A stretch of DNA of 64,000 bases from Hormiphora californensis. Taxonomy: Eukaryota; Animalia; Ctenophora. The stretch's first letter is position 1. Each line of letters begins with the position of its first letter. The notes beneath the pieces were generated by a model that searched no databases, was not told where the DNA came from, and saw only the letters and a program-made list of their open reading frames with translations. Both the position numbers and the translations under genes were made by a program. Shown here in pieces: positions 36,773 through 55,800 of the stretch. The stretch spans positions 5,084,001 through 5,148,000 of the forward strand of contig CM035350.1 of the NCBI GenBank assembly GCA_020137815.1, in the 5' to 3' direction.

Positions 36773-38674
36773 TCATTCGCCCGCCCCAAATAAAGATCCA
36801 GGTTCCGGTAAAGGGGCGAGGGATCCACCCCCGGTCAGGTCGGGAAGACTGGTTAGATGGGACTGTAGTCTCCCTCTCACATCATGTACCTTCTGTAACT
36901 TGCCTTGGTACTCCTGGGAGAAAATGGTGTGGTTATAAATTAATTTGACAGTGAATCGGAGCGGAGCAGGATCCGAGCAGGACACCTGCCAGGAGCTGAT
37001 TAATTCAGAGTGCGCGCTCGCGCACAGTTCGGTGTGCTTTCGAAGTAAGAAAGTCGCACGGCGCCCGGGCTGTACCAGTATCTTGGACTCCACGTGTTTT
37101 AGCTGCTGCTTTTGGTGAGACACGAACTCCTTGAGCAGGTTGGCTACCTTTGTCCGCTCTGTATACTCCGTCTGCGAGAATTGGAGGGACGTGTCAGAGG
37201 GAGGGGTACATATGGAAAGGAGAGAGAGGGGGTACCAACACTAAATCCCTTGATTTTAATACTAGTAAGTACCTGAAGTCTGATACGATGGTTAGAGATC
37301 TGCTCATATGTTGTATCAATGCTCTTTAGAAGTCCCTCCAGACGTTTCCTATCTGATATTTTATCTACACTAGCAACGTTCCAAACCTCTGGTGGAAGAT
37401 TCTGCAGCTGCTGCTTCATCTGTAGATAACATTGTGTTAGAAAATATTGTGTTGGAAATTAAAATGTTGGAAGTAAGGGGCGTGGACTAAATATTAGAGA
37501 TGAAAGAGGATTACCTTGGTATCTTGTAATGCGCTGCCCCGTTCCAAATTGACTAGTAACCGAATAACAGTTTCCGCATCTGGCCCACCTGGTGTGTAAA
37601 GAGAGAATTTAGTGAAATTAGAGATTGTTGCTGGACTCTGGTAACTATCGATGTGGTAAACATGTTACAATCATACAATGGTGCCACACTCTGAAGATCA
37701 AACAGACAAACAAACAAACAAACAAACTGAACCTGAATCTGAGGATGTTCTAACTCGTTTGTTGTTTGGCGAGGTACCTCCCTCTCCGCTCTCACTCTCG
37801 CCTGCCCTCAACCCCTTGGGTCGGTACGACTGTAACTTAGTGATAAACTCCTTACTAAAAACGTCACGTTGTTCCCAGATAGCGAGTATTCGATCTATCG
37901 CTTTAACCGTTTTCAAATCCTCAAGTGCACTCCTGGAGAGGGTATTATATGTAACAATGGTGCTCCGTCATATTGGCCATCTGCACAGCGCTGCCCGTGA
38001 AGCGTTCCACGACGTCCAAAACACACGAAATAGCACACAATGTTAGCGGACTGCGTCTTTGATGTCGTATACAACGTTTTATTGTTTATGTAGGTGGCCA
38101 ATATCAATATGACGGAGCAGCAAACTAATGTAAGAAACCAAAACCAACTCAAGTCTGTTGTGTCCTTTAATTTACTTGTAAGTGTGAGATAGGGCATCAG
38201 GTAGAACACGTGAAAACTCCTTTTTGAACTCATCAATGTTTTTCCTTTTACAATTCTGAACAATGTCATTTGCCAGGTAGAGAAACAAAAGTTTCCGCTC
38301 TTTTGGTGCTGAAAAGAACAAAAATTGTAACAAAATCACAAAATGAGTATCTAGAAAAAAGTATTAATTTAGAAAGAATAGTAAAATGTTGAGAAAGTAT
38401 AGTTCTTACATTTAGTAAGCTGTTGGAACCATACATCCACTACTTCTTGAGCATGTCTCTTGTGGTGTATCGCCCACCCACATAAAGTCTGTATACTCTG
38501 GGTACTGTTGTTCAGCTCTATCAGCTTACCTGGGGTGTTGATTTAGTTAGGGATTGGAATAGGAAACAAAGACGATACAAAGTCACAAATTAATGGCGTT
38601 ACTAGTTGAGCCGCTGTATCTCAGTATGAATAATTCAAGTACATACCGACAAAGCTCCCTGTGTTGAAGGACAT
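36773..38674 (-). CDS. RPRD1B: Regulation of nuclear pre-mRNA domain-containing 1 (CID + CREPT domain)
   Basis: KL.ELNNSTQSIQTL..W.IHHKRHA, KL.FLYLANDIVQN.KRK, R...IWEQR.VF, C-terminal SH..SLPDL....LAPLP..G.LF; single RPRD1A/B co-ortholog. Confidence 0.9.
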
Positions 38675-39011
38675 GGTGCAGTAGACAACAGAGGAGACGG
38701 GGTGTAGAGAGAGCTAAGTGATCCTCACAAACATCGGTACAAGCTAGTAAAGGAAGTGTGGAATAGAGAGAGGCTATAAACATAGGCAGAATCCGGGGTG
38801 TGGGGGAAACACTGTTACTCAGAGGGAGAGGGAGAGAGAGAGAGAGCTAGAAAGATTGGTAGTAACTTACACGGTTTTGTGTCTGTGTGTAAAAATATTT
38901 TGTGTATAATAATAAATATCTACACGGGGCCACTACCACAAATACACAAACTAGGTATAAAAAGGATTTCTCTCTTTTTGCAAAAGATAAAACTATTGTC
39001 CACCCCCTCTC

Positions 39012-40271
39012 TCACCCGCACTCAGTGTCCACCTGTTTCAGCAACCTAAATAGCCCAGCTGCCTCCTTGATTCTACTAAAGTTAATACAAAACGCCTGTA
39101 CCTCCACAAACATATCCTTTACATCGACAGTATTGTGCCGGATTAGGGAGCTGAGGAAGACACAAACGAGCCGCACAAACCGATGTTGGACTAACCGATC
39201 TTTACACTCCTCACAATGCAGGATACACTTGGTAATGTAGAGGTGGATGTATTCAGGGGGTAGGACCACCCTGCCTAGCAACTCATTCATAACCTCCATA
39301 GAGTGGACACTCAGCTCCATATTAACTAGCACTGTAAAGTACTCTGTCAGTTGGTTACTCTGGGATAAGTGAAGGAGGACCTCCAATGCGATCTTGCAGT
39401 TGTTCTCCACCAGCGCAGGGAACTTGCCCGGTGTCAGGCCAATGTGGTATATCAATCTGGGGTTTTTAGCTATTTCCTCCCGTATAAAGTTTTGTTGTGG
39501 TTGAGGTAGGGCTCCCTTCAACGCCTTAGTTATCAGCTTCCTAATCTCCAACTCCACGGTAGTGGTCTGAACAACTAGAGGCTCCCATTCAAATGTGTAC
39601 TCAGCACTGTTAGGGTTGACCCATATCAACTCTTCATCTAGATCTCTGTGGAGGGGCGGCGTGGGTCTCATAATGGCAGGTTCCAGACTCGACAGTGAGG
39701 GCGGATCAGATCCTGATACCAGGTTATCAATCACCTCCCCCGTGTTACCTTGGGCTTCCTCCTCGATGTCGGGTAGGATGACACTGATACCACTGGCAAC
39801 GTGACCACTCACCTTGTTGCCTCCCACTGATTTAAGGTGCCGTGTGTCTGGCCGTGTCTTGCACTCTTGAGCTGTGCGTACTATTTGCCGGGGGGACATC
39901 TTGTAAATATCCCGAGCGGAGGGAGATGTGATGAGGCTGATAAAATACACCTCGGCAGATAGGTTATCAGCTATTGTTGATTCTTCAGTAGTGAGAAGGG
40001 AGTGGAAGAATGGTGCAAAAGGGTTAACGGTAAAAGATTCTGATCGGTACATCTCGAACAAAAGGTAAAGGGCTGCTATCCGCTCGGCTGGTTGCTCTAG
40101 TAAGTCTCTGTTTTGGAGTAGGGTCATTAGGACCATACCGACTTTAAAGTGTTCGGAACGGTTAATATCCTTGTGAAATGAGAGGGCAATGGCATCGAGG
40201 TTGTTGCTAAGGGAACTCTCTGCAGTGACTATCTGTAGCACTTTACTGAGTTCCCTACTTGACAACGACAT
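39012..40271 (-). CDS. CNOT11: CCR4-NOT subunit 11 (intronless, 419 aa)
   Basis: NPFA, RP.PPL, GLTP.K.P.LVENN, MELSVHSMEV.N.L, LP.E..H.YI..CI..C, R.VRLVCVFL.SLIR, EVQAFCI.FSRI.EAAGLFRLLK. Confidence 0.96.
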   Translation of the reverse strand: MSLSSRELSKVLQIVTAESSLSNNLDAIALSFHKDINRSEHFKVGMVLMTLLQNRDLLEQPAERIAALYLLFEMYRSESFTVNPFAPFFHSLLTTEESTIADNLSAEVYFISLITSPSARDIYKMSPRQIVRTAQECKTRPDTRHLKSVGGNKVSGHVASGISVILPDIEEEAQGNTGEVIDNLVSGSDPPSLSSLEPAIMRPTPPLHRDLDEELIWVNPNSAEYTFEWEPLVVQTTTVELEIRKLITKALKGALPQPQQNFIREEIAKNPRLIYHIGLTPGKFPALVENNCKIALEVLLHLSQSNQLTEYFTVLVNMELSVHSMEVMNELLGRVVLPPEYIHLYITKCILHCEECKDRLVQHRFVRLVCVFLSSLIRHNTVDVKDMFVEVQAFCINFSRIKEAAGLFRLLKQVDTECG

Positions 40272-40560
40272 CCTAGGAAGAAGGGAGGAAATGGTTAGGG
40301 TGGGTTGTGGAGAAGGCGGGCGAGATGGAAATGAAGGTGGGGACTGGGGTGAGGAAATGTCTGGGGGTCAATACAGATCAGAAAGGGTTAACGTACAGTA
40401 TTGAACCACAATTTCGTAAAATATAAAATAGATATAATCATTAATCATCACATATCAAGACAGGTAAAATAAGATGTTCGTGAGAGATTACTTAATTTAA
40501 AACCACATATCGTTCATTAACTCATAGCAATGTAAAACTTTTAAAGAAAATAAAAATAAC

Positions 40561-40854
40561 TTAAATTCGCCCGTTAATAGCGTTGACGTGATCAATCAAA
40601 AGTTTCTTCAACTCAGTATAAGAAGTGGAAAACACAGATTTATCCTCACACTCGCAGAGACTCTTCAGTAGGTCCCTAATGTTGACATCGACATACATCA
40701 GAAAAGTGCTCGTGTTCTGAATGGGAGTTTTGTCCTCAAATAAACCTTCTTCCTCTACAAATTTTTCAAAAGAATTAAACCATTTGTGAAAATCCCTTGT
40801 TCGGCGAGTGAGAATCTCAGTATTCCCTTCATTACGTCGGTTCATGTAGTTCAT
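40561..40854 (-). CDS. 97-aa ORF resembling Ty3/gypsy gag N-terminal domain
   Basis: DF.KW...FE.F......FL......RDLL.SL.......SY.EL.KLL.DH pattern; own ATG and stop; no pol or LTR nearby. Confidence 0.4.
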   Translation of the reverse strand: MNYMNRRNEGNTEILTRRTRDFHKWFNSFEKFVEEEGLFEDKTPIQNTSTFLMYVDVNIRDLLKSLCECEDKSVFSTSYTELKKLLIDHVNAINGRI

Positions 40855-41315
40855 TATTGGCGAAAGTGCATTACTCAGCCCTTAGCGACCGGCACCGATA
40901 CCATGAATAAGTTACATACTACAATACATTTGCAAAAACTATTTGTTAGTTATTAAGTAACGAGAAGGAGGGGAAGCCGGAAGATTTCGGCGGAAATCAA
41001 AATTCGAAATTTTTTAAAAAGTTTTAAAAGTTCGAAAAAGTTCAGTTTTGAGTTTTGAAGTTTGCATTTTTTTTTTTTTCAAGATAACCGAGATCAAGAA
41101 TGCCCAGCGCGGCATTATGCGAAATCAAGCGCGAACGCGAATGTTTTACCAATCTACACCGCAAATTGACGCGCATTTGTTCCGCGCGAGCTGAGCTTGA
41201 GTTTATAAAATTCAGTGAAAATTTTCTCATCCCGATTTTCAAAATTTATTTTATTTCGTGTTTTTTTAATTTTCTCATCACTGATGTCATCTTAGAGGCT
41301 TTAAATGCACAACTC

Positions 41316-41927
41316 TATGGCGGCGCATTGACGCAAAATCAAAAAAGTAAAAAACGTAAAAAAAAATAAAAAACGTGTTTCAAAAAACATGTTTTAAAAA
41401 AAATATGTTTTCGAAAATTTTGATTTTGCGTCAATGCGCCACGTAAGCCGGCTCAATGACGCAAAATCATTTTTCGAAAATTTTGATTTTGCGTCAATGC
41501 GCCACGTCGCCGGCTCAATGACGCAAAATCAACATTTTCGAAAACATGTTTTTTTCCCCAAAATTTTGATTTTGCGTCAATGCGCCGGCCACGTGGCGCA
41601 TTGACGCAAAATAAAAATTTTCGAAAACATGATTTTGCGTCATTGAGCCGGCTTAAAGTCCATTTTTTTTCAACTGTTCACCCAAAAACTGAAATTTAAA
41701 ATTTTTGTGGCGCGCGCTACACGTTAACATGTGATAAACGCGCAAAACAATTCCGCGCACGACTTTGGGGGGTGAACAGTTGAAAAAAAATGGAGTATAC
41801 GTGGCGCATTGACGCAAAATCAAAATTTTCGAAAACATGTTTTTTTAAAAACATGTTTTTTGAAACACGTTTTTTTATTTTTTTCATGTTTTTATTTTTT
41901 TTTATTTTGCGTCAATGCGCCGCCATA
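41316..41927. mobile_element. Palindromic MITE with 6-bp TSD upstream of DLD
   Basis: TIR TATGGCGGCGCATTGACGCAAAAT; TSD CAACTC; many internal TTGACGCAAAAT repeats. Confidence 0.8.
41656..41797. mobile_element. Small MITE nested in the 41316-41927 element
   Basis: TIR ..TCCATTTTTTTTCAACTGTTCACCC, TA TSD; empty-site sequence GCCGGCTTACGTGGCG present inverted at ~41437-41452. Confidence 0.75.
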
Positions 41928-42009
41928 CAACTCAGAGCCGCATACTGTCTGTTGTGTGTCAAATGTGAAAACTCTCCACTTTTTATTAAATTTCAATGCT
42001 TCTTATAGG

Positions 42010-49582
<7,573 letters not shown>

Positions 49583-49787
49583 AGTAAACGACACCGAAGG
49601 ATCAATCTTGAAGGGGAATGAGAGGAAGAGACAGTATGGAGATAGATAGAGAGAGATGGTTTTTACGACGTGACCCTCACATCATATATTGCAGTTGATA
49701 AGCCTAAAAATATGTTCCTGACGTGTAGCGCGGTATATAACCAATATATTAACCTGCCTTGTTACTGCTATCACACATCGTTTTCTG

Positions 49788-49820
<33 letters not shown>

Positions 49821-51451
49821 GCAGCACGTCACTCTAGCTACCGATTTAATAAGACTTCGGTTTCGGCGTTTCTCTCCTCATTTCTCTCTTCTCTACCTAT
49901 CTGTGCACTATATCCCTCGCTCTCTTCAATTACATTTCTCTATCCCGTGTGATCTGGCTCCCTGTATTGGCACTAGTTCTATTTCGCTGAGTGATGAGTG
50001 TTTAGGATTACAGTAGGAGATAGAAATAAGATAGGGATCACTTATCAAGTAAGGGGAAATGAGATAGAAAAGAGATAGATGTTGCATGTTGAGACAATCT
50101 TCCTATGCAGAGGAAGCATACATTATACGTGATATATGTCTACTTGATCTTGCATAATAAAGCCACTGTGAGTGCGGTTGTTTAGTCCACTTAGAGCTTT
50201 GTTGATTTCTTTCTTTTAGCTCATTTTAGAGAGGTAATGATATTGAGCTAAACATAGGAACTAAACATAGAAACTGTAGAAATAAGTGGATAGTTAGGAA
50301 ATAGGAACCGACTTCTACTCTGTTTGTGTAGAGAGTCAAACTCTATAACTGTTAGAGCCTAAGTATACATGTACTAAAAGTCATAGAAAGGGGATAGAGG
50401 GAGAGCTGAGAGCAGTGCGTTAATGAATCAGTTGGTAGAAAGAAAGGTCTCACCAATACAATTTAAGTTTGATGTCAGCCTCTCCATCTCTACTCCTTCT
50501 CTACTCTCTCTTTCTCTCTCTACTCTCTCTCTCTTTCTTGCCAAAGGGATGGGAGGAAAACAACACATTATAGAGAGAGAGGGGTAGAAAGAGAGAGGGG
50601 GTAGAGAGAGAGAGGTAGAGAGCGAGAGGTAGAGAGAAAGAACAAGCTGTTACGTCTTGAATTATACACTATACAGAGCTGGAAACAGTGGTTTGAACTC
50701 TTCCAACTCCTTCTAGAAACCCCTCTCCTCCTCTCTGCGAGACCCTCTCTGCGAGGAGCTTATTACGTACTAATTTCTCTGTTCTGAGTAGTATGTTTTA
50801 CAGTGCTTTAATGCACTCCAAGAGAATTTGTATGTTATGTGAGTGACCGTTTATGTTTGAAGAGAGACGCAGGGGGAGAGAATTAGATTTGAGCGATCTA
50901 ACTAATTATGTTAGTAGTCTAGTAATTTAGTCAGTTGAGCTGACTCTAGAATTGTGCTCTTCAATTTGGGCTTCTTAGAGTTTATATTTTCTTGTAAAAG
51001 TGTAGCGTCGCTATGAATTATCGCCACTTTGCTACTTATAGCCTAATTTAAGTTATATTAGCTCATCATCTCTCTCTGTTTTCTCTGTTTTTTTCATCTT
51101 TTTTCATCTCTCTCTCTTCTTCCGGGTTGATCTTGTAAGTTCAATATTTAAACGCGATGAGCATCACTACTTAGCGAATTTTGTATCGAATTCTCGCATT
51201 TTAGAGGATTGAAAGATATAATATGAGTTAGTTCTCTCCTGTTGTAAGGATTTGTTTTTGATAAGTTATTACTAAGACCAGCTTGTCGGTAAGACACCTT
51301 GTCGTTCATTCTCTCAACCCCCCCCCTCCTGGACTGAATTCACTGAATACCCCCAATGCAACAGCACCCTTTTATGTTAATGACTCACCCCCAATCCCCA
51401 TTACACCTCTAACCCCCCCCCCCCCCCCCCACTAGTCACTCCCCTATTTAA

Positions 51452-52757
51452 GGGTACACCTGGCGTTTTTCATCATCGAGTGCCCAACCAAATGACTTCA
51501 CCAGGGTTTAGGCCATACAAAATGGACCTCAAATATGCAATTTTAGCCCTAAAGTCGAATTCATATTTTTGCTACAGCCTATTTTCAAAGTGGCGTTTTT
51601 TCAATTTTTGTTGAAATTTTTAACCTCAGGACCACTTTTTTTTGAGATAGAAACATTAAATTCTTGGAATTTGAAGAGAATATAAAGGTGAATAAGCCCA
51701 AAGAAGGATTTTTGAAATGGAGCTTATTTCTGGCCATGAGAACGGTTTACTTTTTTGCTTCTTTGACACGCTGGCTGAGAATGTTCCCATGCTTCATTAG
51801 AGATGAAAATCTGGAAATAGTTGCTCAAAACGATTATCTATGTGGCCCAAAAATTTTGGAACTTTCCCGCCAAAGATGTGGTGTACAGAGCTTGTTTTGT
51901 GAAACCCGTCTTTTTGAAAAAGAGGGAAATTCCCTGTATCTCAAAAACGGATGATCGTAGAGACCTGGGACCAAGCTTAATCGATTCAGAAGGTCCGATT
52001 TTGGGGGGGGTCTTCTGAGAGACATTTTGCTCCTACTCCAACCGATTTTGCTGTAATTGCAAAAAACCAATTCTATGAAAAGGGGAAACAACTCTATTCC
52101 AGTAGCCTGCTTCGGGCTGATTTCCCCCTTACTTGCTGATACCTTTTTCGCAATTACAGCAAAAACGGTTGGAGTAGGAGCAAAATGTCTCTCAGAAGAC
52201 CCCCCCCAAAATCGGACCTTCTGAATCGATTAAGCTTGGTCCCAGGTCTCTACGATCATCCGTTTTTGAGATACAGGGAATTTCCCTCTTTTTCAAAAAG
52301 ACGGGTTTCACAAAACAAGCTCTGTACACCACATCTTTGGCGGGAAAGTTCCAAAATTTTTGGGCCACATAGATAATCGTTTTGAGCAACTATTTCCAGA
52401 TTTTCATCTCTAATGAAGCATGGGAACATTCTCAGCCAGCGTGTCAAAGAAGCAAAAAAGTAAACCGTTCTCATGGCCAGAAATAAGCTCCATTTCAAAA
52501 ATCCTTCTTTGGGCTTATTCACCTTTATATTCTCTTCAAATTCCAAGAATTTAATGTTTCTATCTCAAAAAAAGTGGTCCTGAGGTTAAAAATTTCAACA
52601 AAAATTGAAAAAACGCCACTTTGAAAATAGGCTGTAGCAAAAATATGAATTCGACTTTAGGGCTAAAATTGCATATTTGAGGTCCATTTTGTATGGCCTA
52701 AACCCTGGTGAAGTCATTTGGTTGGGCACTCGATGATGAAAAACGCCAGGTGTACCC
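51452..52757. mobile_element. Kolobok-like foldback with ~610-bp near-perfect TIRs
   Basis: TTAA|GGGTACACCTGGCG...CGCCAGGTGTACCC|TTAA; spacer ~52065-52145. Confidence 0.9.
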
Positions 52758-52880
52758 TTAATTCCTCCCCCATGACGACTTCTAAACTATTCCCTACTGA
52801 CCACTATTTAACCATCCCCTCTCTGTGTTGTAGCATGTGAGGAGAATGGGAGGTAAACTACAGGCGGGGCTACATGACGC

Positions 52881-55800
52881 ATGGAGAGCAATATAGCTGG
52901 TCTCTACGACTTGGACAAAGTTCTAGGTAAATAGCAATATAGCTGGTCTCTACGACCAGCTATATCTTGCAGTTCGAGCCTCTAGGTAATCAGCAAAACC
53001 ATCCTCCTCCCTCTGTAGCATTCGGTTTTTAACCCTTTTGGGTGCGGTCGCGGTGGGTCTTGCAAGACAATGGTACTCCATTATCCATATTCAATATACC
53101 ATTCTTGCATTTCTGCAGTATGCATCTGACTGAGCTATATTTTAATTTCATTCCCGAGAAAAATCATCAAAAAGGGTCAAAGGAGAGGGGGAAAGAGAAG
53201 GCGAAATTGGGGCTGGGGGGGGGTGGGCAGATTTGTTATATCAGAGAAGGGTACGTGGGGGGATTGTGTACATGTGTGAAAGACGTCAGAGTGCTGAACA
53301 ATGCTCTACTGAGTAGCTGCAATGCAACAATGACACCCCCCTTTCTTCTGCCCTCTCATTTTTGTCCTACAAAATACTGCTCTCTACGTCCTACGAACCG
53401 TGTGCGAGACATTACAGTCATGTAGTATGACAACATTCCCTGTTCCTAGGTAAAGGACATTATGGCATAGTACGATTAGCTCGACATGCCTTCTCGGGCC
53501 AGGAGGTGGCAGTCAAGGTGATTGACAAGACCAAATTGGACCAGCGGGAAACTGAACACTTGCTAAAGGAAGTGCAATGTATGAAGCTGGTCCGGCACCC
53601 CAATGTGGTGAGGTTGTACCAGGTGATCACAACAAACACTAAACTATACCTGATACTGGAGCTGGGAAATGGGGGTGATCTTCTGGACTATCTTAACAAG
53701 ATGCCACATGGACTCGGGGAGGAACGATCACGGGATTATTTCTCACAGATTATTCGAGCAATTGCCTACTGTCACCATCTTCATATTGTACATAGGTATG
53801 TGTTAGAGCATGTCTATATATTTGATTGCTTCTTGAAGGATGCCATTTGACAAGTGAGAGAGGAAGAGAGAACACGGTTGTGAATCGACATGAGAGATGA
53901 AAGAAAATGAGAGAAAGAGAAGTAAGAAATGACATATTATATTATGTTCTCGAACCTTCGTGATATGTATTTCTTAAAATCGAATAAATCAGAGAGTGCT
54001 AGTTGATGTACATACTGATATTTGCCGAATAGTATAGAGACTCGGTGATTATCCAAGAGACCCCCCCCCCCCCACCCCCAAGGACCTAAAACTACTAAAC
54101 CAGTAAATCACTTAAATATGAGAGGAATTCAAAATACTCCCATTCTCCTCAGAGATCTTAAGCCGGAAAATATAATATTTAACGAGGATTACTCCGTCCT
54201 AAAGCTCACTGATTTCGGGTTCAGTAACGAGTTTTCCCCCGGTGAGAAGTTGATGACGTATTGTGGATCCTGGAAGTACTCCGCTCCTGAGATCCTCCTC
54301 CAGGAAGAATATGACCCTCCTGCGGTGGATGTGTGGTCGCTGGGCGTCATGCTCTTTCAGATGGTGGCAGGTCGGTTACCCTTTAGTGAGGTCAATGAGA
54401 GTGAGACTCTGACAAAGATAATGGATGGAAAATACGAGATGCCCGAGGAGATCTCTGATGACTTATCTGAGTATGTGTTATATATTTTCATACTTCTGAA
54501 ATCATGATAGTAGAGTCGATAACTACATCGACCCCTCCCAATTGTTCCAGTTTTTGTTACATCTGTTTGGAGCCTCGACTCGACCTCTAAACAGTTGTTA
54601 CTTTTTCACAAACTGTTTTCATCATGGTGTAATCAGCATTTGAAATGTTGCTGATCATAACAAAAACCGAACTATTTTTTTAAACTTGGGGTAAAACCAT
54701 GGGTGTCAAAAGTTAGCTCTAGGTCTCCTGAGTAACCATCCGGAGACTCTAAGAGATATTTCAAGCCGTTCTCCTGTAATCATTAATCCCGGTAGTGCAC
54801 ATCTTTGAGTATGGACGTACGTGCAATTGCCTACAACCTCAACTTTAATGTATAACGTTAATGTGCGTCTCTCTCTTTTTCCTCCCTTGAGAAAGAGTTA
54901 TCTCGCGCGGCGCAACCGCACGTGCAGTTTTTCCAGAGAGAGTGAGAGACATACAATAACATGTAAAAGCCTGCCAGCGCTCACGTACGTCCATATTGTA
55001 TTTATTGTCTCCACGGGTTAATGATAACAGGGAGAGGACGTGGCGAAAGATATCTTAGAGGAGTATCCGGATGTTATCAGGCGAAATAGAGCTAACTTTG
55101 AACCCATTGGTTGTACCCAAGTTAAAAAAAGTTAGTTCAGTGGGGTTGTTATGAATCAGAAAACATTTCAAATGATGATACCCATGATTGAAATGAATGG
55201 AAAACAGTTCGTAAAAAGTAAAAAAACTGTTAAGAGGTAGGGTCGAGGCTCCAAACAGAGGTGTAAACAAAAAAGGGGAAGGACTTAAGTGGGAGGGAGA
55301 TGTAGTTATCGACTCTACTATGATGCAAGAGTTACATAAAAGGGGGAATGAATTTTCTAAATATAGATTTATTCTCTCAACAGTTTATTAGCCCGAATGA
55401 TAGTTGTAGAACCAAAGGATCGAATAACTGTAGACGAGATCATTGATCACCCGTGGTGCTATGCAGTGAAAAAGGGTGGACCGATAAATGGGCTAGTTAA
55501 AGAGGGTGGGGGTAAAATTACGAACAAAAAGACTACGGGGGGTCCCCCCCCCTTTCCCCTAAAAAGGGGGGGCCCTTTTTAATGGGTTTTTAAATTTGTT
55601 GGGGGAAATTGTCCCCATTTTTTTTTCTTTTTTAAAACCCCTTTTATTTTCGTTTTTTTGCCAACCCCAAAGGGGGGGGGGGGGGGGGGGGGGGGGGGGG
55701 AAAAAGGGGGAAAAAAAAGGGGGCCCCACAGGGGGGGGAAGGGAAAAAAAAAAGGGGGGGGGCCCCCCGGGACCCCCGGGGCCCGGGGGGGGCCCCCCTT

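Noticed and set aside
51664-52546. Pairs of identical 96-aa and 65-aa ORFs on opposite strands
   Set aside because: Artefact of the palindromic MITE; no protein-like features
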